From assembly GCA_009885205.1 (NCBI GenBank), contig VFLE01000055.1:11236-75235 (forward strand): a stretch of DNA of 64,000 nt, given 5' to 3'. Positions 28,775-39,050 of this stretch are shown piece after piece (position 1 is the first letter of the stretch; each line of letters begins with the position of its first letter). Made by a program: the position numbers and the translations under genes. Under the pieces are notes generated by a model. The model saw nothing but the letters and a program-made list of their open reading frames with translations. It ran no database searches and had not been told where the DNA came from. The DNA is from Candidatus Shapirobacteria bacterium (GTDB taxonomy: Bacteria; Patescibacteriota; Microgenomatia; UBA12405).

Positions 28775-29197
28775 TTAAGCAGTTGTTTTTACGGGACGTT
28801 TAGTACCGTATTTACTGCGAGATTGTAAGCGACCAGCGACGGGGGCAGCGTCGTATTTTCCCCGTAAAATGTGATAACGGACACCTGGTAAGTCCCTGAC
28901 GCGACCGGCGCGAATGGAAACGATACCGTGTTCGGCCAAGTTGTGGCCAATACCGGGAATGTAGGCCGTAATGGTGGCTTTGTTGCTAAGTCGAACCCTG
29001 GCGACCTTACGCAAAGCCGAATGAGGCTTTTTGGGGGTCATAGTCTTGACCACTGTGACAACACCCTTTTTAAAAGGATTAAAAGACGAGACAAGGCGAT
29101 TTTTAATACTATTAAAGTTGTTACGCAGGGCACCTGATTTTAATTTTGAGCGCCTGACGACTCGACCTTTTCTGATTAATTGATTGACGGTTGGCAT
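28775..29197 (-). CDS. rpsL: 30S ribosomal protein S12
   Basis: [12 protein letters not shown]...PKKPNSALRK-type sequence, 140 aa. Confidence 0.95.
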   Translation of the reverse strand: MPTVNQLIRKGRVVRRSKLKSGALRNNFNSIKNRLVSSFNPFKKGVVTVVKTMTPKKPHSALRKVARVRLSNKATITAYIPGIGHNLAEHGIVSIRAGRVRDLPGVRYHILRGKYDAAPVAGRLQSRSKYGTKRPVKTTA

Positions 29198-29203
29198 ATA
29201 TTT

Positions 29204-32200
29204 TTATATTTGTCGAATTTTCCCGACGGGAATTAGACGTCCGATAATAACATTTTCCTTGAGACCTATCAAGTTATCGACTTCACCCAAGAGTGAGGCC
29301 TCGGTCAATACCGAAGTAGTTTGTTGGAATGAAGCAGCCGAAAGCCATGATCCAGTGGAGAGAGCCGACTGAATTAGACCCAATAAAACTTTTTTGCCTC
29401 GGGCTGGTTTACCACCATTGGCTTTGGCTTTGTCATTTTGATCTTGATAAACAGCTTTGGTGACAATTTGACCATAAAGGAAATTGGTATCTTCGGGGTC
29501 ATTAATTTTGATTTTGTCACTCATCTCTTTGACCATAACTTCGATGTGTTTATCATGAATACCAACACCTTGTGATTCGTAAACACCCTGAATACTGTTG
29601 ATCAAATATTTTTGGGCCTCTTCCAAACCTGAGACTTCGAGAATATTGCGAACATCAAGAGGACCAGAGCAGAGTTGGGTTCCGATTGAAACTAGATCAT
29701 CATCGGCAACTAACAATGAAACATTGCTGGGAAGTTGATAAGAAACTGTTTTAGCAATATTTTCCTCATTTTTACCGGTAATTTTGATATCAAAACCGTC
29801 AATAGTCTCTTTGATCTTTATTTTGCCCGATAATTCGGAAATAGGTGAAGGGAATTTGGGCATACGAACTTCAAAAAGCTCCTGAATCCGGGGCAAACCT
29901 TGAGTCACGTCGACACCTAGAACACCTCCAGTATGCTTGGTTCGAAGAGTTAGTTGAGTCCCTGGTTCACCAATAGATTGAGCGGCGACGACTCCAACTG
30001 GAACACCTAAACTGACTAATTTACGAGTGGAAAGATCCCAACCATAGCATTGACGACATAAACCTTGCATCGATTTGCAAGTTAAAGGGGAGCGAACAGC
30101 AACCGAACTTACAGTTGAATTTTCGATAATAACTTGCAAGTGACTATCGATTAAAGTACCAGCGGAAACTAATACTTTTTTGGTGGTAGGATCGACAATA
30201 TCTTCGCCCACTACCCGACCTAATAAACGACGACCAAAGAATTTTTCCCGATTTTTTTCAGTACGAGAAATGATCCAATATTTAGTGGAGCCACAGTCAT
30301 CTTCGCGGGTGATGGCTACATGAGCACTGTCAACCAGACGACGGGTTAAGTAACCAGCGTCAGCAGTACGCAAAGCTGTGTCAGCCAAACCTTTGCGGGT
30401 ACCCCGAGCTCCGGTGATATATTCAAAAACGGACAAACCTTCGCGGAAATTTGATTTGGTAGGTAATTGAACGATTTTACCGGTAGGATCAACCATTAGT
30501 CCTCTCATACCGGAAAGTTGTTTGATTTGGTCCTTGGAAGCCCGCTTGATACCGGCAGCAGCAATAATACGAATAGGAGAATCAATGTCTAGAGTTGCCC
30601 AAGTTTTCTCCGCAATATCTTCGGTAATTTCCATCCAAATGCTTTGAGATAGACGTTTGCGTTCTTCGTTGGTGACTAGACCGGTTTTATAAGATTCTTC
30701 GATTTGAGCCACTCGATCGTTGGCGGCGGCGACGATTTTATTTTTTTCGGGTAAATAACCACAATCAGCCATAGATAGGGACAAACCAGATAAGGTAAAA
30801 CCAGCAAAACCAAGATCTTTGAGAGAGTCAATTAAATGCACAGTCTTAATTCGACCGGCAACTTCAATTGATTTGACAATCAAATCATTAAGAGCTTTTG
30901 ACCCAGCCATTGGAGTGTTGATAAACTCAAATTCTTTGGGTAAAACAGAGTTAAACCAAATTCGGCCATAAGTGGTTTTGACTAATTTGCCATTAATACG
31001 AACAACCACTAGTTCACGGAGTCCAATTTTTTTGGATTGATAGGCAAGGGTAGCTTCGTTGGTGTCGGCCAAAATTGATAAGTTACCAAATCCCTCATCT
31101 GTTTCGGTTTTAAGATCCGAACTTTGAACTGAGGTAATGTAATAACAACCGACTGCCATTTCCTGAGAAGGAATGGAAACTGGAGCCCCATCGGAGGGCT
31201 TGAGTAGATTTCGAGAAGGTAACATTAATAATTTAGCTTCGCGCTGTGAAGCGACTGATAGAGGTAAATGAACCCCCATTTGGTCACCATCAAAATCGGC
31301 ATTAAAACCTTTACAGACACAAGGATGGATGCGAATTGCCAATCCATCGGTTAAAATTGGTCTAAAAGCTTGAATTGATAGTTTGTGTAAAGTTGGAGCC
31401 CGATTTAATAAAACATAAGTATCTTTGGTGACTCTTTCTAAAATGTCGTAGACTTCGTCAACTCGATGATCGATTAAGTTTTTGGCACTTTTGATGTTAG
31501 CCGCCAGACCGGTGTTCATTAATTCACGTAAAACAAATGGTCGATAAATTTCTAGAGCAATTTCTTTGGGAAGACCAACTTGATTTAGTTTTAACTCGGG
31601 ACCAACTACAATCACTGATCGACCCGAATAATCAACCCGCTTACCAAGTAAGTTGCGACGGAAACGACCTTTTTTGCTTCGCAAAAGATCGGATAGAGAT
31701 CGGGGTAAACGTTTGGAATTACTTTTGCTTTTATTTTTGGTTGATTTTTGAGAATCAATGAGCATGTCAACTGATTCTTGCAACATTCTTTTTTCATTAC
31801 GTAAAATAATCTCGGGAGCTCCTAATTTGATAAGTTTTTTGAGACGATTATTGCGATTAATTAGTCGGCGATAGAGATCATTTAAATCAGAGGTAGCAAA
31901 ACGACCACCAGTGAGTTGAACCATGGGACGCAAATCTGGCGGAATAACTGGGACATGTTTGAGAATGGTCCAGCTAGGATCGATGGACTCGGAAATCATG
32001 CCATTTAGAATCCGAATCTTGTACATGATTTTCTTTTTCTTGAGCTTGGAACTAGTTTTTTCTAGTTCTATCTTGAGATTTTTGACGGTCGAGGGCAAAT
32101 CGAGACCTTGCATAACTTCAAGTAAAGCTTGGGCCCCCATTTGGGCTTCATAAAAAATGTTGGCCTTGAATTGGTCTAAATAAAACTCTTCTTCGTCGGT

Positions 32201-32938
32201 TAAAACTGAAAGGACTGATAAATTTTTGACTTTGTCTTCGAGGAAATTCATGAGTGACTCGATTCTATTTTTTTCGGCCGAAGCTTTGTTTTCGATTTTT
32301 TGCAAATCTTGTTTTAATTTGACAGCTCGTTCCTTTTGGGCAATTAAAAGCTGCTCGGGATTTTTGATTTTATTTTTGAGGGCCGTAGTTTCGGCCTCGG
32401 ATTCGGATTTTAATTTATCTGAGGTAATTTTGGAGTCAACATCAATTTGGGCTTGGCGTTTTTGAGAGTTGACCGAGAGATTGGTCATGGCCTCTTTACG
32501 TTTGTCATTATTGATGGAAGTTACCAGGTATTTAGTAAAATAAACTACAGATTCCAAATCTTTTTGAGAAACATCAAGAACAACACCAATGGGTGAAGGA
32601 GTATTTTTAAGGTACCAAAGATGAACGATAGGAGCAGCTAGGGAAATATGTCCCATACGCTCGCGACGGACTTTACTTGTCGTAACTTCAACACCGCATT
32701 TATCACAAATAACACCTTTAAATCGGATTTTTTTGTATTTTCCACAGTAACATTCGTAGTCATGACTGGGTCCAAAGATTTTTTCACAAAAAAGACCATC
32801 TTTTTCGGGACGCCAAGAACGATAATTAATTGTTTCCGGTTTTAAAACTTCACCTTGGGACCAAGCAAGGACTTCGTCGGGAGAAGCCAACTTAATCTTG
32901 ATACCTGTAAAGTTGAGCATATTTTTAAATTTAAACAT
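29204..32938 (-). CDS. rpoC: DNA-directed RNA polymerase beta' subunit
   Basis: 1244 aa. Zn-binding CxxC...C, NADFDGD catalytic motif, trigger loop and bridge helix. Confidence 0.95.
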   Translation of the reverse strand: MFKFKNMLNFTGIKIKLASPDEVLAWSQGEVLKPETINYRSWRPEKDGLFCEKIFGPSHDYECYCGKYKKIRFKGVICDKCGVEVTTSKVRRERMGHISLAAPIVHLWYLKNTPSPIGVVLDVSQKDLESVVYFTKYLVTSINNDKRKEAMTNLSVNSQKRQAQIDVDSKITSDKLKSESEAETTALKNKIKNPEQLLIAQKERAVKLKQDLQKIENKASAEKNRIESLMNFLEDKVKNLSVLSVLTDEEEFYLDQFKANIFYEAQMGAQALLEVMQGLDLPSTVKNLKIELEKTSSKLKKKKIMYKIRILNGMISESIDPSWTILKHVPVIPPDLRPMVQLTGGRFATSDLNDLYRRLINRNNRLKKLIKLGAPEIILRNEKRMLQESVDMLIDSQKSTKNKSKSNSKRLPRSLSDLLRSKKGRFRRNLLGKRVDYSGRSVIVVGPELKLNQVGLPKEIALEIYRPFVLRELMNTGLAANIKSAKNLIDHRVDEVYDILERVTKDTYVLLNRAPTLHKLSIQAFRPILTDGLAIRIHPCVCKGFNADFDGDQMGVHLPLSVASQREAKLLMLPSRNLLKPSDGAPVSIPSQEMAVGCYYITSVQSSDLKTETDEGFGNLSILADTNEATLAYQSKKIGLRELVVVRINGKLVKTTYGRIWFNSVLPKEFEFINTPMAGSKALNDLIVKSIEVAGRIKTVHLIDSLKDLGFAGFTLSGLSLSMADCGYLPEKNKIVAAANDRVAQIEESYKTGLVTNEERKRLSQSIWMEITEDIAEKTWATLDIDSPIRIIAAAGIKRASKDQIKQLSGMRGLMVDPTGKIVQLPTKSNFREGLSVFEYITGARGTRKGLADTALRTADAGYLTRRLVDSAHVAITREDDCGSTKYWIISRTEKNREKFFGRRLLGRVVGEDIVDPTTKKVLVSAGTLIDSHLQVIIENSTVSSVAVRSPLTCKSMQGLCRQCYGWDLSTRKLVSLGVPVGVVAAQSIGEPGTQLTLRTKHTGGVLGVDVTQGLPRIQELFEVRMPKFPSPISELSGKIKIKETIDGFDIKITGKNEENIAKTVSYQLPSNVSLLVADDDLVSIGTQLCSGPLDVRNILEVSGLEEAQKYLINSIQGVYESQGVGIHDKHIEVMVKEMSDKIKINDPEDTNFLYGQIVTKAVYQDQNDKAKANGGKPARGKKVLLGLIQSALSTGSWLSAASFQQTTSVLTEASLLGEVDNLIGLKENVIIGRLIPVGKIRQI

Positions 32939-32940
32939 AT

Positions 32941-35900
32941 TTAGTTTTCCTCCTTGACTTCAACTTCTTCTAACACAGGTTCTGGTTCTATTTCACCATC
33001 GGGAGAAATATCGATAACCAGTCCTGCTAATTCTTTGGTAAGAACTTTAAATGATTCGGGGATATCAGGCTCGGGAATAGGAGTGCCTTTAATAATAGCT
33101 TGAAAAGCCCGAGTTCGACCTTCAATATCGTCAGACTTGATAGTCAACATTTCTTGGAGAATGTGGGCAGCTTGATGGGCTTCAAGAGACCAAACTTCCA
33201 TTTCTCCTAACCGTTGACCACCCATTCTGGCCTTACCACCTAAAGGTTGTTGAGTGACCAGGGAATATGGCCCGGTAGATCGAGCATGAACTTTGTCATC
33301 AACCATGTGAACCAGCTTAAGAATATAACCAACACCAACAACTGTTTCTTGTTCGTAGGCATCACCAGTGCGACCATCATAAAGCTGAGTTTTTCCGGTG
33401 ACTGACAAACCAGCGGCTTTTAGCTCGGAACCAATTTGATCTTCGGTGTATTTTTCAAAAACAGGGACGGCATAATGTTTGTTTAATTTTAGTCCGGCAG
33501 CGGCCAAGGTGACTTCAAGGATTTGACCAAGGTTCATACGAGCCACGACCGAGAGAGGTGACATAACCAAATCAATGGGAGTACCATCGGCCAAACGGGG
33601 CATGTCATACTCGGGCATGATGCGACAAATAACACCTTTATTCCCGTGTCTTCCGGCAATTTTGTCACCTTCTTGGATACGACGAATTTGGGCAACATAA
33701 ACCTTGACCATTTTGTTGACACCAGGATCGAGTTCGTCTTCTTGTTCTTTGGACAATATTTCAACCTTGATGACGACTCCCCCTTCTCCATTGGGAACGC
33801 GAAGTGAGGTATCTTTGACTTCACGGGCTTTTTCTCCAAAAATGGCACGAAGTAATCTTTCTTCGGCACTAAGTTCTTTTTCACCACGAGGTTCAACTTT
33901 ACCAACTAAAATGTCATTAGGACCGACGGTAGCGCCAATCATGACAATACCATCTTCGGTCAATTTAGCCAACTCATTTTCGGAAACATTGGGAATATCT
34001 TTGGTCAATTCTTCGGAACCTAATTTAGTTTCAACCACATTAGCTTGATATTCATAAATTTGAATATTGGTTAAAACATCTTCTTTAACCAGTCTGTCAG
34101 AAATTAAAAATGAATCTTCGTAACCAAGACCATCAATAGAGGCGTAGGCAACTAGTAAATTAGTACCAATGGATAATTCACCATTATCAGTAGAAGGACC
34201 ATCAATAATAACTTCACCTTTTTTGACAACATCGCCAACATTGACTAAAACTTTTTGATTATAACAAGTACCATAGGGTGAAGTACGTTCAAATTTTGCG
34301 GTAAAATAGGTAATATCATCGACGATTACTTTGTCGGCGTCAACATAAGAAACGACACCGGCTTTGGTGGCTTGAACTGAACGGTGCATAGCAGTAGCAA
34401 TTTCTCGCTCCATACCAGTTCCAACAATGGGGGCTTGGGGTTTGACCAATGGTACGGCTTGAGTCTGCATGTGAGAACCCATTAGGGCCCGAGTAGCATC
34501 GTCATGATCGACAAAAGGAATTAGAGAAGCCGAGGAACCAATGATTTCGTTGGGAACCATGTCGACATATTCAACATCATCAATGTAACCTTCGGCAAAT
34601 TCGCCTTGAAAACGAACTGGTACCCAATTTTGAGTAATATTATTTTTGTCATCAACACTAATACTTAAATTAGTAGTCTTGTGATTAAACTCATCTTCGG
34701 CGTCCAAAAAGACGATATCGTCACTAATCGCTAGTTTTTTACCATTTTTAATAATTTTTCTAAAAGGGGCAAGCAAAAATCCATATTTATCGACCTTGGC
34801 GTACAGGGCTAGATAAGTAACCAAACCGATGTTGGGACCTTCGGGAGATCGAACGGTACAAATACGACCGTACTGGGAGGCATGAACGTCACGAATCGAA
34901 AAGGCGGCTCGCTCACGAGTTAAACCACCAACACCAACGACAGTCACCCGACGGAGTAAATCAATTTCGGCTAAAGGATTAGTTTGGTCTAAAATAGCGG
35001 ATAATTGATTGCTTCTAAAAAAAGTATTGAGAGAGGAAATCATGGGTTGTGGGTTGATCATTTGACTGGGACTGGGTTTTTCTTTGGTAGAAAGAAGAGA
35101 CATTCTCTCCTTAACCATTCGCTCGAACCGAGCCATAGCGGGTCTGAGGGCAATTTGGGCGACGATTTCACCAGCACGACGTAAACGACGATTGGCGAGT
35201 GAATCGATATCATCAAATTGTTTGGTTTCACCTTTTTGTAATTTGATCAAATGTTTGAGAGTGGCGATTAAATCTTCGGATCGAAGTACCCAATTTTCTC
35301 GATTGGTATCATCAAAATTAAAACCAAATTTTTTATTGACTTTGTGACGACCAACAAAACCTAATTCATAGGTTCGCAAATCAAAAAAACGATCGTTAAA
35401 AAATTTCTCTGAATTCTCCAAAACTACTGGTTCGCCGGGACGCATTTTGCGATAAAATTCGAGCAAAGCTTCTTCCTTGGTTTTGGTCGGATCGGCAGAA
35501 ATAGTACTATTAATATATTCACCAAGTTCGTTTTGAATTTGTTTGTCGGTATACCCGGTTAAGGCCCGAAGTAAAACAGTAGCCGGAACTTTCTTTTTTC
35601 GGTCAATACGGGCAAAAATAACTTCTTTTTTGCCAACAAAAAATTCTAACCAAGAGCCGCGGACAGGGCGAATTTCGGCATTACAAAGATTTTTACCAGT
35701 ACTGTGATCAATTTGAGCGGTAAAATAAACGCCAGGGGAACGAACTAATTGATTGATGATACCCCGTTCAATACCGTTGACAATAAAAGTTGCTTCGGGG
35801 GTCATGGTGGGCAAGTTTAGGAGGAAAACTGATTCTTCTTTGACTAAACCAGTCCGTTTGTTGGTTAGTTTGGCTTTGACAACAATGGGAACAGTATAAT

Positions 35901-36138
35901 TTAAGCCTTTGATTTTGGCGGTGGCAGGGGAAATGGTGATTTCGTCAAAAGTAATTTCACCTAATTCGAGAAGCCAGTTATTGCCTGTGTAGTCGGAAAT
36001 TGGAGAAATGGAGCGGATGGTTTCAATTAAATCTTTTTTGAGGAATTCGGCCCAGGATTCTTTTTGAACAGCTAAAAGGTCAATGGTCGGGAGGGAGGAG
36101 TAATTTTTACCCCAGTTGGTTCTTTTGGCGGAAGACAT
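32941..36138 (-). CDS. rpoB: DNA-directed RNA polymerase beta subunit
   Basis: 1065 aa (compact). Rif cluster, fork loop and GDKxxxRHGNKG-type motifs. Confidence 0.95.
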   Translation of the reverse strand: MSSAKRTNWGKNYSSLPTIDLLAVQKESWAEFLKKDLIETIRSISPISDYTGNNWLLELGEITFDEITISPATAKIKGLNYTVPIVVKAKLTNKRTGLVKEESVFLLNLPTMTPEATFIVNGIERGIINQLVRSPGVYFTAQIDHSTGKNLCNAEIRPVRGSWLEFFVGKKEVIFARIDRKKKVPATVLLRALTGYTDKQIQNELGEYINSTISADPTKTKEEALLEFYRKMRPGEPVVLENSEKFFNDRFFDLRTYELGFVGRHKVNKKFGFNFDDTNRENWVLRSEDLIATLKHLIKLQKGETKQFDDIDSLANRRLRRAGEIVAQIALRPAMARFERMVKERMSLLSTKEKPSPSQMINPQPMISSLNTFFRSNQLSAILDQTNPLAEIDLLRRVTVVGVGGLTRERAAFSIRDVHASQYGRICTVRSPEGPNIGLVTYLALYAKVDKYGFLLAPFRKIIKNGKKLAISDDIVFLDAEDEFNHKTTNLSISVDDKNNITQNWVPVRFQGEFAEGYIDDVEYVDMVPNEIIGSSASLIPFVDHDDATRALMGSHMQTQAVPLVKPQAPIVGTGMEREIATAMHRSVQATKAGVVSYVDADKVIVDDITYFTAKFERTSPYGTCYNQKVLVNVGDVVKKGEVIIDGPSTDNGELSIGTNLLVAYASIDGLGYEDSFLISDRLVKEDVLTNIQIYEYQANVVETKLGSEELTKDIPNVSENELAKLTEDGIVMIGATVGPNDILVGKVEPRGEKELSAEERLLRAIFGEKAREVKDTSLRVPNGEGGVVIKVEILSKEQEDELDPGVNKMVKVYVAQIRRIQEGDKIAGRHGNKGVICRIMPEYDMPRLADGTPIDLVMSPLSVVARMNLGQILEVTLAAAGLKLNKHYAVPVFEKYTEDQIGSELKAAGLSVTGKTQLYDGRTGDAYEQETVVGVGYILKLVHMVDDKVHARSTGPYSLVTQQPLGGKARMGGQRLGEMEVWSLEAHQAAHILQEMLTIKSDDIEGRTRAFQAIIKGTPIPEPDIPESFKVLTKELAGLVIDISPDGEIEPEPVLEEVEVKEEN

Positions 36139-36202
36139 CGCTAAATTTTAATTAATAAAAAATAGACGAGTTATGTTCCAACTGCTCGCCAAATGTAGAG
36201 CA

Positions 36203-36230
36203 TTATATCCCTTATTATTTATGAGTACAA
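36203..36230 (-). promoter_or_regulatory. Candidate promoter for rpoB (TTGTAC-N16-TATAAT)
   Basis: The minus strand reads TTGTACtcataaataataagggaTATAATg, about 60 nt upstream of the rpoB ATG. Confidence 0.35.
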
Positions 36231-36250
36231 TAGGTCAAATTTTATTTCTA

Positions 36251-37147
36251 TTAAAAATCGAATTCTTTAGTAATTTTTTGGGTCTTTTTATCAACATCAA
36301 ACCAATTAAAAGTGGCGGTATGGTCATCTTTAATTTCATAAACATGAATCACCCATGCAGATTTGTCGTCTGTATCGTGGTCATACTCAATAATAGTATT
36401 TGGAACTGTTTTTCGATAATTTATGACTTCAGGAAGTTGAGAAACTAAATACATTGCTGTTTGTTGATATGCAAGTTCAGCCATGTCAATGAATTTAAAG
36501 GTGGAGAGGATTTGGTTAAAATCAGACTGAAGTAAAGTTTCTGCAGGATATTTGGCAATCGTAATAATATTATTTTTATAAAACAAATAATAGGTGATGC
36601 CTGTACCATTCCCCTGCCATTCTAAATATTTTGCTGGATAACCTCCAATAGTTAGACCATTTGTTGAGATAACTTTCCCTCCAATTCCTGAAGGATCGTC
36701 TTCTATACTCTTTAGTTGTTTGGCAAAATATTCTTCTAAAGTCTGATTGGCTGTATTTGGACTAACCCATATTTCAACTTTTAATTCATTGCCTTGCATT
36801 GAATAGCCTTTACGATTAGTTAAATCAACTGGACTCATAAGTGAAAGATATAATGTTTCACTGTTATTTGTAGGAGAATTTTCAGTTAGAGAATAATTTT
36901 TAGGATAATCAAAATTAAATCCAAAATCTGTATTTATATATTTGCCGTTATAATTTACGATTGGTAATGGAGTTGTAATTGCGGTTGTTTGGGATAAATC
37001 TACAACTGGATTGGTTATTGGGGTAATAGTTGAAATTTCAGTAGTTTTTACTGATTGGCGGCCGAGGAGAAAAACTCCGGTGAGAAATAAGACAAAAGCG
37101 AGGGAGATTATAATTAAATTTAAATAATTTGTTTTTGGTTTGTCCAT
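36251..37147 (-). CDS. Membrane-anchored hypothetical protein, paralog 1 (signal-anchor + extracytoplasmic domains)
   Basis: The start is taken as MDKPKTNYLN (37147), which aligns with paralog 2 MDKPKPNYLN. The track ORF begins at an upstream TTG. One N-terminal TM helix is followed by an ILSTFKF motif. Confidence 0.6.
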   Translation of the reverse strand: MDKPKTNYLNLIIISLAFVLFLTGVFLLGRQSVKTTEISTITPITNPVVDLSQTTAITTPLPIVNYNGKYINTDFGFNFDYPKNYSLTENSPTNNSETLYLSLMSPVDLTNRKGYSMQGNELKVEIWVSPNTANQTLEEYFAKQLKSIEDDPSGIGGKVISTNGLTIGGYPAKYLEWQGNGTGITYYLFYKNNIITIAKYPAETLLQSDFNQILSTFKFIDMAELAYQQTAMYLVSQLPEVINYRKTVPNTIIEYDHDTDDKSAWVIHVYEIKDDHTATFNWFDVDKKTQKITKEFDF

Positions 37148-37188
37148 ATTAAAAGAGTAACATTTTTTGAAGGACAATAGGTCAAATT

Positions 37189-38181
37189 TTAGGGATTGAC
37201 CACTGTTTTTTGAAGAGTCTCAGGATTGATTGAATACAGATTTGTAATATTTTGGTCGTAAGGAATTTCTTTAACATTAAGTTGATTTGTTTTTGACCAA
37301 TTTAAACAATATGAAGATTGAATTCCAGAAAGTAATGTTTTACGTTGCTGTAGGTCAAAAATGGTGTAACCCCAGTAACCGGAAGTGCCGTATTCTATAC
37401 ACGCAAATTTTTTATTTGGTGAAAATATCAATTGACCTGGATAATCAACTGGCTTTTTGTCAAAGATATATTTTTTGTTGTTAAAAATAAAATATGCAGA
37501 GTAATCTTTGACGTCAATTTGGAGTTCCTTGCTATTTGGTAAATTAATTAAATTTACTATATTTTCGGTGAATTTAAAGGTAGAGAGGATTTCCTGATAT
37601 ATATTAATATCATTAGAATTTATGACACCTTCTTTTGGTTGAAGTGTTAAAACGTAGATATTGTTACCGTTCTTAAAATATGTAGAAAATACCGAAAAAC
37701 CAGCAGCATTATAGTTTTCTTGACGTTGAATACAATTTAATCCAGCTATGACAGTTTTTTTGGTTGAAATAACAGCAATTGAGGATGTACCTTCATATTC
37801 AGTTGAGTTTTGTTTATCTTTTTTTGACAAATACTCCGAAATTGTTTTTGAATTGTCTTCTGTAATATCGATAAGAAAGATCGATTGATTTGGTGAAGAA
37901 ATATACACATAATTTCCAGTTTCTAAAAGAGCTTCTTTGTTTGCATTCCAACTTGATGGATAATCAAAGGAAAAAATATTTTTACTGTCAGTATATGTTT
38001 TCCAATTTTGGATTGGATCAGTGACACTGGTTGGTATTGCCGTTGTTTGGGGTAAAACGGTGATGGGGTTGGGAATGGTTTTTACTGACTGACGGCCGAG
38101 GTAGAAGACACTGACAATAAATAAAACAAAAGCAAGGGAGATTAAAATTATATTTAGATAATTTGGTTTGGGTTTGTCCAT
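37189..38181 (-). CDS. Membrane-anchored hypothetical protein, paralog 2
   Basis: 330 aa. N-terminus MDKPKPNYLNIILISLAFVLFIVSVFYLGRQSVKT is about 80% nt-identical to paralog 1. It shares the EILSTFKF motif. Confidence 0.6.
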   Translation of the reverse strand: MDKPKPNYLNIILISLAFVLFIVSVFYLGRQSVKTIPNPITVLPQTTAIPTSVTDPIQNWKTYTDSKNIFSFDYPSSWNANKEALLETGNYVYISSPNQSIFLIDITEDNSKTISEYLSKKDKQNSTEYEGTSSIAVISTKKTVIAGLNCIQRQENYNAAGFSVFSTYFKNGNNIYVLTLQPKEGVINSNDINIYQEILSTFKFTENIVNLINLPNSKELQIDVKDYSAYFIFNNKKYIFDKKPVDYPGQLIFSPNKKFACIEYGTSGYWGYTIFDLQQRKTLLSGIQSSYCLNWSKTNQLNVKEIPYDQNITNLYSINPETLQKTVVNP

Positions 38182-38196
38182 ATAAAAAGAATAGCA

Positions 38197-38993
38197 CTAA
38201 TTTATTGATCTTTTGGTTTTAATATTTAAATAATTTTTTGAGGAAATGACGGATTTTGGGGATTTGGATTCGATTTCGGTGCGGGCGACTTTGGCAACAT
38301 GACCGCCATCATTGGCGTCTGTTTTTAAGTTTGAAAATGTTTTAGAGTCTCTATCCTTGGTAAATTTGGTGGTGGAAGCTTCACCAAGCATGGTTAAAAT
38401 TAATTCGATATCATCCATGTGGTCACGTAAATTTTCGCGTTTTAGACGGGGACAAAACCGCTTTTCATTATTTCATTGGTTAATATGGCAAAATCAATAT
38501 TGCGTTTGACTCCCCTATTTTTCCATTCATCAGTTAAGGTATGACGAACAGCAATACCCCGAGCCTGTTTGTCAATCCAATCTTGAGGATAACCTTTCTT
38601 TTCGTAAATAGCTTTCATCCTGTCCATGGCCAATTCGGGATTTTCGATTTCTTGAATTCGCTCATGTCCAACTAAAGCTAGCCATTGTTTGAATGGTTCG
38701 GCTTTGGGTGAAGGAATTGTTTGAATTATACGGAGTAAAGTTTTAGTATCGGCACAATCGGATAATCGTTTTCTACCATCAGATGCGATTAATTTTAATC
38801 GTACGATATTCTCGTACACTTGGCTGAACCCTTCTTTGTTTAGTTTTATTTTTAAGTCACTCCAATATCGTTTTGGGATGTTGCTGTCGGATAATATTGA
38901 GATCACATCAATAACAGAAAACCACCAGTCATTTTTGAAATAAATTTTTCGAACTTGTTTTCCTTCAAACAAAGCGATTTTGTTTGATTCCAT
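38197..38993 (-). pseudogene. BRO-N / DinD (RhuM-like) family gene interrupted by a frameshift
   Basis: The 183-aa ORF (38442..38993: FEGKQVRKIYFKNDWWFSVIDVISIL ...) stops at TNEIMKSGFVPV*. The downstream frame reads ...KRENLRDHMDDIELILTMLGEASTTKF... (38197..38418+). The frame switches in an A-run near 38461-38470. Confidence 0.55.
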
Positions 38994-39050
38994 AGCTAAT
39001 ATTACCGAAGTAATACCGAAGTGTCAATAGAACAAAATAGGTCAGACTTA

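Noticed and set aside
36470-37590. 24-nt identical stretch (ATCCTCTCYACCTTTAAATTCA) shared by the two tandem paralogs as a DNA-level functional element
   Set aside because: It encodes the conserved ILSTFKF motif. The paralogs are also about 80% nt-identical in other conserved segments, so shared codons are explained by recent duplication plus protein-level constraint.
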